Origin: Eledone cirrhosa
Lineage: Eukaryota
DNA: 64,000 nt
Reading direction: 5' to 3'
Assembly (NCBI GenBank): GCA_964016885.1
Contig: OZ024743.1
Span: 219,170,001-219,234,000 of the forward strand
Positions 40,985 through 53,539 of the stretch are shown one piece after another. The notes below the pieces were generated by a model. It was given only the letters and a program-made list of their open reading frames with translations, ran no database searches and was not told the DNA's origin. Position numbers and translations under genes: made by a program. Each line of letters starts with the position of its first letter. The stretch's first letter is position 1.

Positions 40985-41130
40985 ATTGTTTTGCTAGTTT
41001 CAGTCATTAGACTACGGCCAAACTAGGGCACCGTATTGATTAATCGACTGTAGTACTTGTCTTTTCAAGTCTGGTACTTATTTTACCGATCGTTTTTGTC
41101 GAACCGCTAAGTTATGGAACATAAACCCAG
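40985..41130 (-). mobile_element. Degenerate SINE (third family; tail piece also near 43735-43785)
   Basis: gtttcagtcattagactacggcc...ctggtacttattttaccgatc...gaaccgctaagtta. Confidence 0.5.
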
Positions 41131-41774
41131 GTACAAACATAAACATAGACACGAACATACACACACGTATATGATATATAATTTATATGACTATAGTTGA
41201 AGACTCGTACTTGGATTGAATACAGTCATGTATGAGAGAACGAAGTTTCACTTTTAAATATTTGTTTTATTTATTAACGAACGTGACACGTGTTTCGCAA
41301 TTGATCAGCTCTAGGTCTTATTCGATGTTATAGACCTGACTCCAGTATCGATCTGTTCATCTGACATGTAAATTTGAATAAAAATATTTCCACCCACAGT
41401 AATTAATAATCATTACTAAATATTCTACAAATACACACACATATCTATACATATAATTGAGAATGGTTTTTCGGAGTGGAGTCACAGTTAAATAAGCTAG
41501 CTACTCAATACATTAATAGGGAAGAAACATTTATTTCATATAGAAATGACTTCTATAGGAATAAAACTGTTTCATTCACTGACTGGGAAGGAGTAATGCT
41601 AGAACTATGAAATCTTGCATGCATTAATTTCAACTCTTCTTATTAATAACTGCATTGTTTCTTTCCAGGGACTGTTGAAAAATAAACCCAATTTGGTCGT
41701 TCCATGAGAGTATCTTGGTCAGCCTATGAACTTTTCAGCCGCCCTTCGTCATTTTATCAAAAACTCTTATTTCA

Positions 41775-42014
41775 ATGGTTAGAATATTTCAAGAAAGAAT
41801 CACTGAACAGATTTTACGGGTAAAACCAACCGGCAAGAGAGCTAGGGGTAGACCCGGAGCAAGATGGTTGGATAATTTCCATGAGTTTGGCTGGTCACAC
41901 TTGGGGATCCAGCTGGATCAGTTGGAGACAGTTGCTTCAAAGAAGACCCCTGGAAGGAGTGGTTGAGGAGTTAACCCCCACAACCCTCTCAGGAATAAGT
42001 AGGCGAAGAAGAGG
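41775..42014 (+). mobile_element. LINE (RTE-like) 3' fragment with TSD
   Basis: KPTGKRARGRPGARWLD, (GAA)n tail, 12-bp TSD actcttatttca on both sides. Confidence 0.8.
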
Positions 42015-42659
42015 ACTCTTATTTCAGGCCAAAAATGGTATCAGCTTGCTTGTGCATATACACTGTAAAACAAGAAAGTTATGACACACAAAATAATTTT
42101 AATGTATATCAAGATATGATATGACAGAAAGAATAACAATTGCTTTTTATCCAGTTTCATTTACATAGGCTAAATTTGAGGTTGAAAATCTGACAGGTCG
42201 CCTTGGCATATTGGACTACAATATATGTGGTTGGATTACTGCAGACAGACCTTTCAAATCGTTTTCTCTCATATTTCACCTGTATAAATGCACCATTTAA
42301 GTTTCTCATAAAAATGTTATTGTATGTATGAAAATTCCAAACATTGTGGTTATGTGAAATCATATACATACTGGTGTAATGCTACAAAAGGCGGTAAGAG
42401 GACGCATTTTGAAATTGTCGAGAAACTAGAGAGCACGATGCATCAATACACCTGTGGTTTAGAAAGTGCTACAATCTCCCCGGAAATTTTTTTTTAATCA
42501 GAATGATTTTAAGTGGAAGTGAAAAGAGGGTTTGGTAGAACAGTACCGATGCCTGATAACCCTTGCGCGGGTCTAATCGATCTATGTTCTAATTTTAGTA
42601 ATAATTGGTTGCCGCTCCTTGCGTTTAGGATTTTTCATTGTTAAAAGTAACTGAAACAG

Positions 42660-43149
42660 ATGTTGAAGAAAGTGATCAGACTGATGCGCTTTCTGGTCAT
42701 GTCCATATTCTTGCATGCCTGTGAGTCTTGGACAATAACAACAGATCTGGAAAGCAGGATACAAGCTATGGAGATGAGATGCTTCCGAAAGCTCCTTGAC
42801 ATCACCTACAGAGACCGCATTTCCAATGAGGAGGTGCGAAACAGAATTTGGCAAGCCATCGGGCCCTACGAAGACCTACTGACCATTGTCAAACAACGCA
42901 AATTGAGATGGTACGGGCACTTGACAATATCTTCAGGGCTTGCCAAGACTGTCCTGCAGGGAAGAGTACAATGAGGGAGGAAGAGAGACAAACAGAAAAA
43001 GAGATGGGAAGACAACATCCCGGAATGGAGAAGCATGAAGATAGGTGCAACCATGAGGAAGGCGGAGAGGTGAGAGGAATAGAAGGAGCTGGTTGCCTGG
43101 TCATCTGTGGTGCCCCAACGGTCCACCAGACTGCGAGACAGATGAGATG
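42660..43149 (+). mobile_element. RTE/BovB-like LINE 3' fragment with TSD
   Basis: LVMSIFLHACESWT...IQAMEMRCFRKLLDITYRDRISNEEVR...KQRKLRWYGH; (GATGA)n tail; 11-bp TSD aactgaaacag. Confidence 0.9.
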
Positions 43150-44100
43150 AACTGAAACAGTTAACGATTTTTTATCATTTTTTTAAGGATAGGATTTTTA
43201 AATTTCATTACATTAAACGATCTTAAAAAGTAATGAAACACTGTTCTCACAGCACAATATATACAATGTTTAAAAAACATACTTAGACACACCGTAAAAA
43301 TATAACTCGTGGATAAACCACACGAACTAGATTGTCTGGCTCGTTTCGGACTTTATTACGACTCCTCAGGATCACTTTGTCTTTCATCTGCAATCAACCT
43401 GTTTGAGTATACTTTAAATGGATGTAAGCTACATCGATCTCTTTAAGCAAATCATATCAGTATGTTGTGCTTTTATAAGTACTATGGTGCGTGTGTGTTT
43501 AATGCTGGTCCGAAAGCTTGCGACAAAGTGGGATCCGATAAAAGCACCAAAGGGGCAGATGGTGGTGTTAAACCAGGCGGCATATATATATGTGCGTGTG
43601 TGTGTGTCTACAAATCGGTCTTTTTTTACGTCGTGCCCCTTTGTGTGTTATAACTTAATTGTTCGATAGATGAAGATCGATAAAAAAAATACTAGACTGA
43701 AATGTACAATGTGACCGTAATGTTCGACTAAATCTGTGGAGGCGGCACTCAAGCATGGCCGCCGTTCAATAACTGGAACCATGATGTGTATACACCGTAT
43801 ATGTTTGTGTATTCACCTTTTGCAGCATGAAAGACTGCACTCAACGAACCACTAAGACTAGCGTCTGAGAGACAATAATCATTAGCATCGAATGACTGCT
43901 TTATATGTGTGTTTGTGTGTACTTGCACCCACACTTCATATATTTTTACTTACATCGATAACAACTGACATTTTATATGGGTTAAATCCATTTAAATTTA
44001 TTTATATTTAAATAATACCTCTTTTAGGGAAAAAAAAAATATATAAAGAAGGCATATATTTCTTATTTCAAAACATGTAACATGTGCGCTAGTTTAGTAT

Positions 44101-44298
44101 TACGAGGATCGACTTCAAAGTTCATAGGCTGACTATGAAGGAGTGATGCTAGAGCTGTGAAATCTTGCGTGCATTAATTTACACTCGTTTTATTAAAAAT
44201 CGCATTCTTTCCTGAGACTATGTTGAAAAATAAACCTCATTTGGTCATTCCATGAGAGTATGTTCGTCAGCCTATGAACTTTTCAGTCGACCTGTGTA
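44101..44298 (+). mobile_element. Mariner-derived ~200-bp MITE (truncated copy also at 41575-41749)
   Basis: TIRs and subterminal sequence match the 23254 mariner. Confidence 0.85.
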
Positions 44299-44492
44299 TA
44301 TTAAGGGTTGCTCGAATAGACCTGTCACGATCATCCCTTCGTTTTATTTTTTTTTTTTTATTTATCTAAAATAATATTTTCCAGTATGTCTTCTTGTTTC
44401 AGACAGCGGTGTATGATTTGGGGGAAATTGGCTGCTATTTGTAGCACGTCGGATAACCGTAATCGAGATTCCTTGTTGTAGAAGTAGTAGTA

Positions 44493-44693
44493 TACAAAGG
44501 TCGGCTGAAAAGTTCATATGCTGACCAACACACACTTAGGGAATGACTAAATGAGGTTTATTTTTCAACATAGTCCTGGAAAGAAACAATGCAGTTATTA
44601 ATAAGAATCGTTGAAATTAATGCATGCAAGATTTCACAAATCTAACATCACTCCTTCATTGTCAGCCTATGAAACTTTCAACCGACCCTCGTA
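44493..44693 (-). mobile_element. Mariner-derived MITE
   Basis: Reverse-orientation copy with TA flanks. Confidence 0.85.
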
Positions 44694-45867
44694 TCTTGGT
44701 CGAACTAAATTACTTGTCCTTCCCATTTTAAGACAAGTAATGATTTGCTGCTATTTCTTGCAGTTTGATCGGTTACATTAATGTTCTGTAGTAAGTTCGT
44801 GTTGAAAACAGGGATTTAACTGCTATTCCTAGCTGGTCAGTGATTACATACAAGTTATAGAGACTCCCATGTTTGCTGGTGTCCTTATTTTCTAAGATAG
44901 TCTTGTGCTACGGAGGGATCTGCTAATTTCTAGCCTATTGAACGATCACAGAGGCTTGCTGCATTTACTTGTACTGTTAGAATGAAAATATTTCAGTAAT
45001 ATTGTTGTAAGGATGTAGTGTTTGTTTACTCAATACTATATCGCAGTATTACGCACCATCGTTATCACGACCCAGTAAAATGAATGACCAAAATATTTAC
45101 CAGATTTTTTTTGTTTTTGTTTTGGATATTTTTTTTGTTCGAATAATTAATATTTTTTAAATGTATTTCTATTGCAATATTTCGACAAAATAATTTTGAT
45201 AGAAATTTGAAAAATCACTTAAAACATTTAAAAAAAAATCTAAATTTACATAAAAGAAACCTGACAAAAATTCATAATTTAAAATATAGACTTACATAAA
45301 TTAACTTAAATTAGATAGCAAACGATTTTATATTATAAAAAACTACTAATCTATTAAATCTACAATATATCGTAAATACGAACTAACTAATGTAAAAAAA
45401 TTATTAGAAAGTGATTTAAATTTGTTTAATTAAATGAGTTTATAAATTTTCAAGTGATTTTTAATAGAGAGACAAGATATTTTAAAATGGTTTAACAGGA
45501 AGTAGATATGTCACGTGACTTATGACAAGAAAACTTGAACTCTCTTGACCCATACTTAGTAATTTCATTTTTTGTTAGCTCAACCCTTATGCTATCGGAC
45601 TGCTTTAAGCCAACCGTTATCGAGCAGATAGACTTATGATCAAATACATTCCAACCATGGCCATCCCATTCTTTATTCAGACATAGTATATATATATATA
45701 TATATATAGTACCAAATTATACAATGCCGTTCTTCCTTAAGAGAGTATTTATAGTATGATACCAATATGAGGCTGCTATTTCTAGCAAGGCAAGGTCATC
45801 TCTAACTGAGCAGACCTATGATCAAAGACATTCCAACCATCGCCATCCTATTTTTATTCAGAATATA

Positions 45868-45916
<49 letters not shown>

Positions 45917-45997
45917 TATAAAAAGGAATAATAGATACAATATACATACACATATATTTGTATACCTCTCATTATTGTATATATATATATATATATA

Positions 45998-46521
45998 TTT
46001 AAAGGTTCAATGAAGAAATCAAAGAATTAGTTTTACAATAGATTGGAAGCACTCAACAAAATTGGTTTTCCGGAGTTATTAATATTCATTCAAAATATTA
46101 ACAAAAATAGAACTTCATTGTGATCAAGTATATTTTATTATACATATTTCAGAGGTACTGAGCTAACTTCAACAGTTCGTCCTCATCAGATAAAATAAGA
46201 TGATCCATGACATACCCTGACATAGTAGATGGTTAAGATCCAGTCATGGTAGTGAGTAAGATATGACAAAACTCAATATTTATATACCTTAAGATTGATA
46301 CATGTATCAATCTTAAGGTATATAAATATTGAGTTTTGTCATATCTTACTCAATGCCATGACTGGATCTTAACCATCTACTATGTCAAAGTATGTCATGC
46401 ATCATCTTATTTTATCTGATGAGGACGTACTTGAAGTTAGCTCAGTACCTCTGAAATATGTATAATAAAATAAACTTGATCACAATGAAGTTCTATTTTT
46501 GTTAATATTTTGAATGAATAT
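45998..46521. mobile_element. Fold-back Penelope-like pLTR relic: ~440-bp spacerless palindrome plus one-sided extension, in (TA)n
   Basis: Arms 46082-46302 and 46303-46521 centred on gatacatgtatc. The unpaired extension 45998-46081 is shared with 38992-39055. Confidence 0.7.
46407..46473 (+). ncRNA. Type-I hammerhead ribozyme motif (mirror copy on the minus strand at ~46131-46198)
   Basis: Stem I TTATTTTAT/ATAAAATAA; CTGATGA; stem II gga-c-gtact...agtac-c-tct; GAAA; stem III ATA-tg-TAT; cleavage triplet AUA. Confidence 0.65.
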
Positions 46522-48314
46522 ATATATATATATATTACTTATATTACTATATATACATATATAGTACTAGATTATATATATATAGTACTAGATTATACAA
46601 TGTCGTTCTTCCTTAAGAGAGTACAGTATGAAACCAATATGTGGTTGCTATTTCTAGCAAGGCAAACGATGTTACCTTTCGTCATATCTGATTGAGCAGA
46701 TCTATGATCAAAGGTGTTCCATCCGTATTGATCCTGTCCTGTTTTATATCAAGGATATTTATAGTCTTATGTGACTTTTTAAAGATAGTAGAGGTTGGGA
46801 TAATTCAAGTGAAACTTGTGCAATTTTCTTCACATTTTTATTTTCTCTTTCGTTAATGTATGTTCTGTGGAAAGGTTGTTTAACCCCAAATCGAGTAAAC
46901 CTGATCAAATTCATTTAGATATTACCATAGTGCATCGTTTTTACAAACAGTGGTAAGGAACTCTCAAGGAAGCTGGACAGCAGATTTTGAGAGAAGAAAC
47001 CCTCCCCAAGCAAGTGTTTTGGCCCTTAACTTTTATGTTTGTAACTCGAACTGCATTAACCAACGTATCTTTTTTTAAAGAGGGTAGTAGAGTGAGATTT
47101 GGACGGAAATGTCGATGCTATATATAGATGGTCGAGCGACTAGATAGACTCCTTGTTCGTTGAGGAAGGGTAAGCAGATTTTAATATCTAATAAAAACGT
47201 TTTAAAGGTTAACAATGTCCTTTACGTTGTTTAGCCCGAAATTAACCATGATCAATGGCATTCCAGTCGTGACCATCTGTTTGTAGGGACTATGTCTCGG
47301 ACTATTTATGTCCTTTATTTAAGATGGTAGAGTGTTTAAAAGAAATTAGACTACTATTTCTAGCTGTTCGAGTGACCACCTAGAGGCTATCGCTACATTG
47401 GTTCGTTAATTTTCTTTATTCTGATAGTCGAGTTATATATATTACTTTTCCATCGTCCTGCCAAGAAAAAATAGATTAATAAATTAAAATTCAGAAAATT
47501 AATTTCAATTTATTTCATAGATTTGTTTCTTTTGTAAATAATGTATTGGGTTTTCATAATTAATCATATAAATAATGGGAAAAAAAGGGAATGGTAAAGA
47601 AGGACAGATCTGGCTGTATAGGAAAGTAAACGAATACAAATGCCATAAATGAGAAGAAAAGGAGGAAAAGAGCAAGGATTATTAGCCCACGGAAGAGGAG
47701 GGGGGGGGGACAGGCTCTATGCCTAGGTGGAAGCGGTGTGTCGGGGTTCCTAACCCAACCCCGATAACGTTTTGTTTTTTTTATCCCCAAAAATTTCGTG
47801 GGAAAGCAGACCTACTAACAAAAGTGTTCCAGCCACACCATCCCTATATTTCGGGCATTGCGTATCTAGGACTACATTATTTAATGTGTCCCGACCTTCT
47901 TTCTTTTATGATGACAGGGTGTAATTTGTGGGGAATTGACTGGATTCTAGTAAGTGAAGTGACCACAACACACAAGGCACCTCTCGTTTGCTGGATCTCC
48001 ACCTGTTACGTTATAAGTAACGTTATTCCAGCCTACTGTCCTAATTTGTAAAATCAGTTCTCCTTCTAGTTGGTAAATGCAGTATCGTTTTACCACGTAT
48101 CATTTCTGTTTATGGCATCGTGACCTTTTATTGCCCTCTTTACATATATCTAGGTCATTTAAAGTTGGTATGTATTTACAATTACCGGCTGAAGTTAACT
48201 GATCTTAATAATCCTCGTGAAAAACAATGTGGATGTGCGAGATATACTTCTATGTATAGTCTGTATTAACAAACTCAATACACACACACTCTCTCTCTCA
48301 TACACTTTACCACT

Positions 48315-48355
<41 letters not shown>

Positions 48356-48763
48356 TCTCTCACACACTATTTATCATTCGCACATATATACACACACTTA
48401 TCTTCATCTATCACACACACAATTTACTACTCACACATATATACATACTCTCTCTCTCACACACACACTATTTACCACTCGCACACATATCATATACGCA
48501 CTCTTTCTTTTTCTCTCTTATATACACTTGCTTCTCCACCTACTTTTTTTCTCCTACATAGACTCACCCCTCTCTAGCATATATACACTGACACTTGAAT
48601 AGATCAAAGACCTAGATTTGGGGTAGAAAACATGGAAAATTTCTTACTCTTTTATAAATATATATTCACTGCAATGTGGAGCAATTGTTGTTACAACTGG
48701 ATACCCTTCTTACTGCTAACTCAGTGTGAATGGAGTACAGTTTCTATCAAAAAGTTCACAAGG

Positions 48764-48972
48764 TGTAATGAATTATTTTGCCGCGTTGAAGAGAAGCTTA
48801 ACGTTTATTTATTATTTTATTGTTACCGGCCACAAAATTTGGCTGTTCTTAATTCAGAATATTCTTGAGTACCTATACACTTAAGAATATTCTCAATTAA
48901 AAACAGCCGAATTATGTGGCCGGTAATAATAATTAAACATTTCTCTTCAATACTGCAAAATAATTCATTACA
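48764..48972. repeat. ~210-bp imperfect palindrome (MITE-like fold-back)
   Basis: tgtaatgaattattttgc...ttaccggccaca...agaatattcttgagt-acctatac-acttaagaatattct...tgtggccggtaa...gcaaaataattcattaca. Confidence 0.8.
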
Positions 48973-50273
48973 TTTTTTGTTTTTTCCTAAAAAAAAAAAA
49001 ACTTTTCCAGGTGCGGTTTCTAGGTTTTATGCAGCTCCCTATATACACCCTACCTCACTCCCCTTTTTTCTTTTTCTTTCTTCTTGCTTGAAGCGATGGT
49101 TCTTTATGCTGCCTCCGCTCTTCAATTCTAAGCTTTGCACTTCGTTCGCCTCGCATCCAAACATCTAACTCAATGACTCAGCCTTATTCCCCACTTTAAC
49201 GCCTCTGTAGATAAAGAAGTTTCTATTAATGCTTTTTACTTAAATAATTCTAATAGCTTTCTAGGTGCGACTTTTGTCTTCCACTAAACTTTCTGTACCG
49301 GGATGGAAACCCGTCCCCCTCGTTATTTCAACACATTTTCTTTCTGCCTTGATTTACAACATTGCCTCTTTCTACATTCCCTCTCCAAATCTGCCTCCTC
49401 TTTCCTCCCTTCTCCTTGCTGAACCATTCGCCCCACCTGTTTTGGCCATGCGCTTTCACTTTTTCCATCATTTACTTGCTCACAGTCTAAATGACAGCAT
49501 CTCTTTCTCTTTCTTCCTCACGTTCAGACGAAGTACATCAGTCCGAAACGTTAAACTCCTTCCTTCATCACAGCAATTCTTCTATAGACGAATTGTTGCC
49601 GGCGCATTCTCTCTCTTTATTTAAATGAGTTGCGTCGCTCAAGCTTTTACATTTTTAAATAACTAGTTTTACGCTACTTTCATTTTCGTTTTTCTTCTTC
49701 CTTTTCTGTTCCCTTTAATAGTGTGTTTTTTTTTTATTAGATTTTGCTAGATATGTATTTAAGATGTTATTTTATTAAATACATTAAAAAAAAAAAAAAA
49801 AAAATCTTGTACATTTATTTAGTGATTCTTCCATCAATACACCAGCAAAGACGGTGAAGTCCATAATTCGCTGATGTAAGACAGAAACATGTCCGGAGTA
49901 GTCTCCCCCTACTTGCCAAAATATTTTGCAATATATTAGTTATTGGCCTATATTGTTTTACCATCAAGGTATAACTATTTTTAACGCTCCCGATATTAAA
50001 TATGCTAATGCGAACTTTGTCAGAGTTTTTATTTATTTTAAATGAGATATTGCTTGTTCACATTTGTGTTGATAAATGTGAGTAAAAGTTCTACATCATT
50101 AGTTTTCAGATTTACAGCAATAATTAATAATTAGCAATCTTCTAAAAGAAAATTATCTACCAGTGTTACAGATTTTGAGGTAGCTGTAGCAGAACTGAAA
50201 AACTCTTCCATGTAGATATCGTTCGCGCCGCTCAGCCTACGGGATATAAAAGCATTATCTAGAGGAAAGATGG

Positions 50274-50465
50274 ATTGGTGGTGGATTGGCAGTATCGGTA
50301 GAAGGTCGGACGCCATGCTTTCCAGCATAGTTACGTCCCTTTACGATCTGAGTTCAAATCCCGCCGAGGTTGACTTTGCCTTTCATCCTTACGGGGTCGA
50401 TAAAATAAAGTACCAGTAATGCACTGGATAATTTGCTGGCCTTGTGCCTAAAGTAGAAACAATTA
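50274..50465 (+). mobile_element. SINE family A, young full-length copy
   Basis: 20-bp TSD attatctagaggaaagatgg at 50254-50273 and 50462-50481. Confidence 0.92.
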
Positions 50466-50691
50466 TCTAGAGGAAAGATGGGGTGGTGAAAGCTGGAATG
50501 CTTATGAAAGATTACTTAATCAGGGCTAAGGTAGATAAAGGGCCCTTAACTTTTGATGGAATCGTATTGGCGCCGTTCTGTTTGATACCTAATGGAGCCC
50601 ATACCTCTCCACGCCAGAACACAGCTATATCTCACAGGAAGGAAGAGAATTGACCCTAGTATTGGACTGTTGTAATAATAATAATAATAAT

Positions 50692-51480
50692 ATATTGTTA
50701 TACTTTGGGAGGGTCATATTGCCAATAAAAACAGACGCATCTGTTGGTTTTTGATAATATATAAACAATATATTGACAATATATAAACAACCTTCCGGTT
50801 ATCAAACCAACCGGAAATTTATAATAAATTGAAGTGAAAACCAACAGAAGCGTGTGTTTTTATTGGCAACATGACCCTCCCAAAGTATAACAATATGTTT
50901 CAACACACGTTTTCAGATAAGAAATCTTGCAAAACAAATTCAAAAACGAATTATATACATTATCAAATATATATATATATATTGTTATACTTTGGGAGGG
51001 TCATGTTGCCAATAAGAAACACACGCACCAGTTACTTTAACTCCAATTTATTATAAATTAAATTATAAATTTATAAATTTCCGGTTGGCTGGTTGGTTCC
51101 ACAACCGGACGGTTGTTCATATATTGTCAAAGTTCTTTCGTCACACATTCTGTGAACACACACAAAAACAAGATGGCGTAGGACAGAACAAAGGAGAGGC
51201 ACAAAACAAAGAAAAGAATCCCCAGTCACTGAAGAGGTCACAGAATGTGTGACGAAAGAACTTTGACAATATATGAACAACCGTCCGGTTGTGGAACCAA
51301 CCAACCAACCAGAAATTTATAAATTTTTTAAACTTATAATTTAATTTATAATAAATTGGAATGAAAGTAACTGGTGCCTGTGTTTCTTATTGGCAACATG
51401 ACCCTCCCAAAGTATAACAATATCGGTTTCAACACACGTTTTCAGATAAAGAATCTTGCTAAACAAATTCAGAAACGAAA
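50692..51480 (+). mobile_element. Two tandem fold-back Penelope-like relics, each an inverted repeat plus a ~55-nt 3' tail
   Basis: IR 50692-50896 with tail 50897-50950; IR 50979-51423 with tail 51424-51480. Both start atattgttatactttgggagggtcat. Confidence 0.7.
51225..51267 (+). ncRNA. Minimal type-I hammerhead ribozyme motif
   Basis: GTCA-CTGAAGA-G-GTCACA(gaatg)TGTGAC-GAAA-G(aa)C-T-T-TGAC: all three stems pair. Confidence 0.7.
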
Positions 51481-52158
51481 TATATATATATATATATTAA
51501 TTGTTTCTACTTTAGGCACAAGGCCAGCAATTACCCAGTACATTACTGGTACTATGGAAAATATCTTTATAAAACCACACCTTCTATAAAGTACATCTAT
51601 CCCTTTTTTTTTTAAAACTTTACTGTCATACATACATTCATACACATGCACAAGATCTTGTATTAAATGAATCTGGTGTTAAAGTGAAACTGATAAGCTA
51701 AGTTCTAATATTGTACGTGAATGAAAATTGTCAATCATTAAGATACATTTCAATATATATTAAGATAATTAGATAATAAAATGAAGATCTACGAATAAAA
51801 GCGTCTTTCTTATTTATTACATTAAGATAGATATATTTGATTCCATACTAAAATAAACTCCGTCATTTTTTACGGGTGCTACGTTTCTATATTATATGTG
51901 TGTGATTGTGTCAAAAGAACCGAAGGACATTTTGTTTTTATGTGAATACAGTTGAAGTAAATGGACAATACTAATAGAAATTCGTAAAAAATAAAATAAA
52001 GTAAAGTAAAAGGCGTGCACACTCCCTACAACGGAATATGCTGGTATTTCCCGCCAAAAATGTTTCAAGCAGGTCAGAATAGTGATTATATTTTTGTGGA
52101 TGATAGTGAGGTTGATATGGTTGAACAGTTAAACTGTTAGGTAGATTGGGATAATAAT

Positions 52159-53471
52159 TACGAGGGTTGGCTGAAAGGTTCATGGGCTGACCAAGATAAT
52201 CTCATGGAATGATCAAATGAGGTTTATTTTATTAATAAGAAGAGTTGAAATTAATGCATGAAAGATTTCACAGCACCAGCATCACTTCTTCATAGTCAGC
52301 ATGAATTCAGCCGACCCTTGTGTGTTTATTCAAAGCAGAGTGGTCTGTGCGGATCGCTATTCCAAGTTTCACATTCGTGAAAAAGAACCCTATCTGAATG
52401 TTTCCCCTTGCGTTCATTAATTTCTGGCAAACATATGCTAGGAAAGAGAAAAACTGTACAAAATCATATAGTTGTAAAATATTTTCTCTTGTTTATTTGT
52501 AGATGTTGTTCTACTTGCTCGCTTTAAATATGTTAGTAAATAAATGTTTGGAGTTACCCCAAGAAAAATAAACGAAGGAAGCTAGAACATATTATTCTTG
52601 GTTCATCCGTTCTATTATAAGAACATTTTTTTTTAATAGTGAAGAAGTAGGTCACACACATGTGTTTAATATCCTCTAGATGCTTAGAGAACACGTGAAC
52701 CCACCAAACACCACCGCCCCTCAACATACATCTAAACAAATGTTTGTTTACGAGAGTAGGCTGAAAAGTTCATGGGCTCACTATGAAGGAGTGATGCTAA
52801 TATTGTGAAATCTTGCATGCATTAATTTCAACTCTTTTTATTAACAACTGTATTGTCACTTTTCAGGGACTATGTAGAAAAATAAACCTCATTTGATCAT
52901 TCCATGAGAGTATCTTGGTCAGCCTATGAACTTTTCAGCCGACCCTTGTACACTATTGGCTCAGTTTACAAAATGGTTTAAATAGAGATCTAACATTAAT
53001 AACTGATAGTAATTTCTAACGTTAATAATTAATATTAATACTTCATGGTATAGGAACAGCGTGCTATTTTGTTTACATTAGCTTTAGTGATATTTCGCGA
53101 TGAAAATCCGTCATATGTCTAACTAATGACGTTTCACCGAAAACACACCCACACAAATTAGTTGTGAATGCATCAACCTGATGTCTTTTTTATGTTTTTG
53201 AAATACGCTAATGTTAAGTATAACCCAAGTTATTGGTTGTATCGTTAGTTCTTCATTAGTTTATTGGTATACGAGGGTCGGCTGAAAGGTTAATAGGCTA
53301 ATTATGAAGAAGTTATGCTAGAGCTGTGAAATCTAGTATGCATTAATTTCAACCCTTCTTATTAATAACTGCATTGTTTCTTCTCTGGGACTATGTTGAA
53401 AAATAAACCTCATTTAGTCATTTCATGAGAATGTTTTGATCAGCATATGAATTTTTCAGCCGATCCTCGTA
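52159..53471. mobile_element. Cluster of three mariner-derived MITEs (52159-52322 -, 52749-52950 +, 53270-53471 +)
   Basis: Shared TIR tacgagggtcggctgaaaagttcatagg and the same internal junction. Confidence 0.85.
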
Positions 53472-53539
53472 GATCTAAATTTAATCCTTTAATTTTCCTT
53501 CCAGAAAATGGAAACGAAACCAACACGAGAGTAGTAACA

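Noticed and set aside
43540-43570. CTCF-like motif caccaaaggggcagatggtggtg
   Set aside because: Only a loose match, expected by chance.
50277-50370. Possible tRNA genes at SINE heads
   Set aside because: A/B-box-like motifs continue into SINE bodies with tails and TSDs, and there is no complete cloverleaf.
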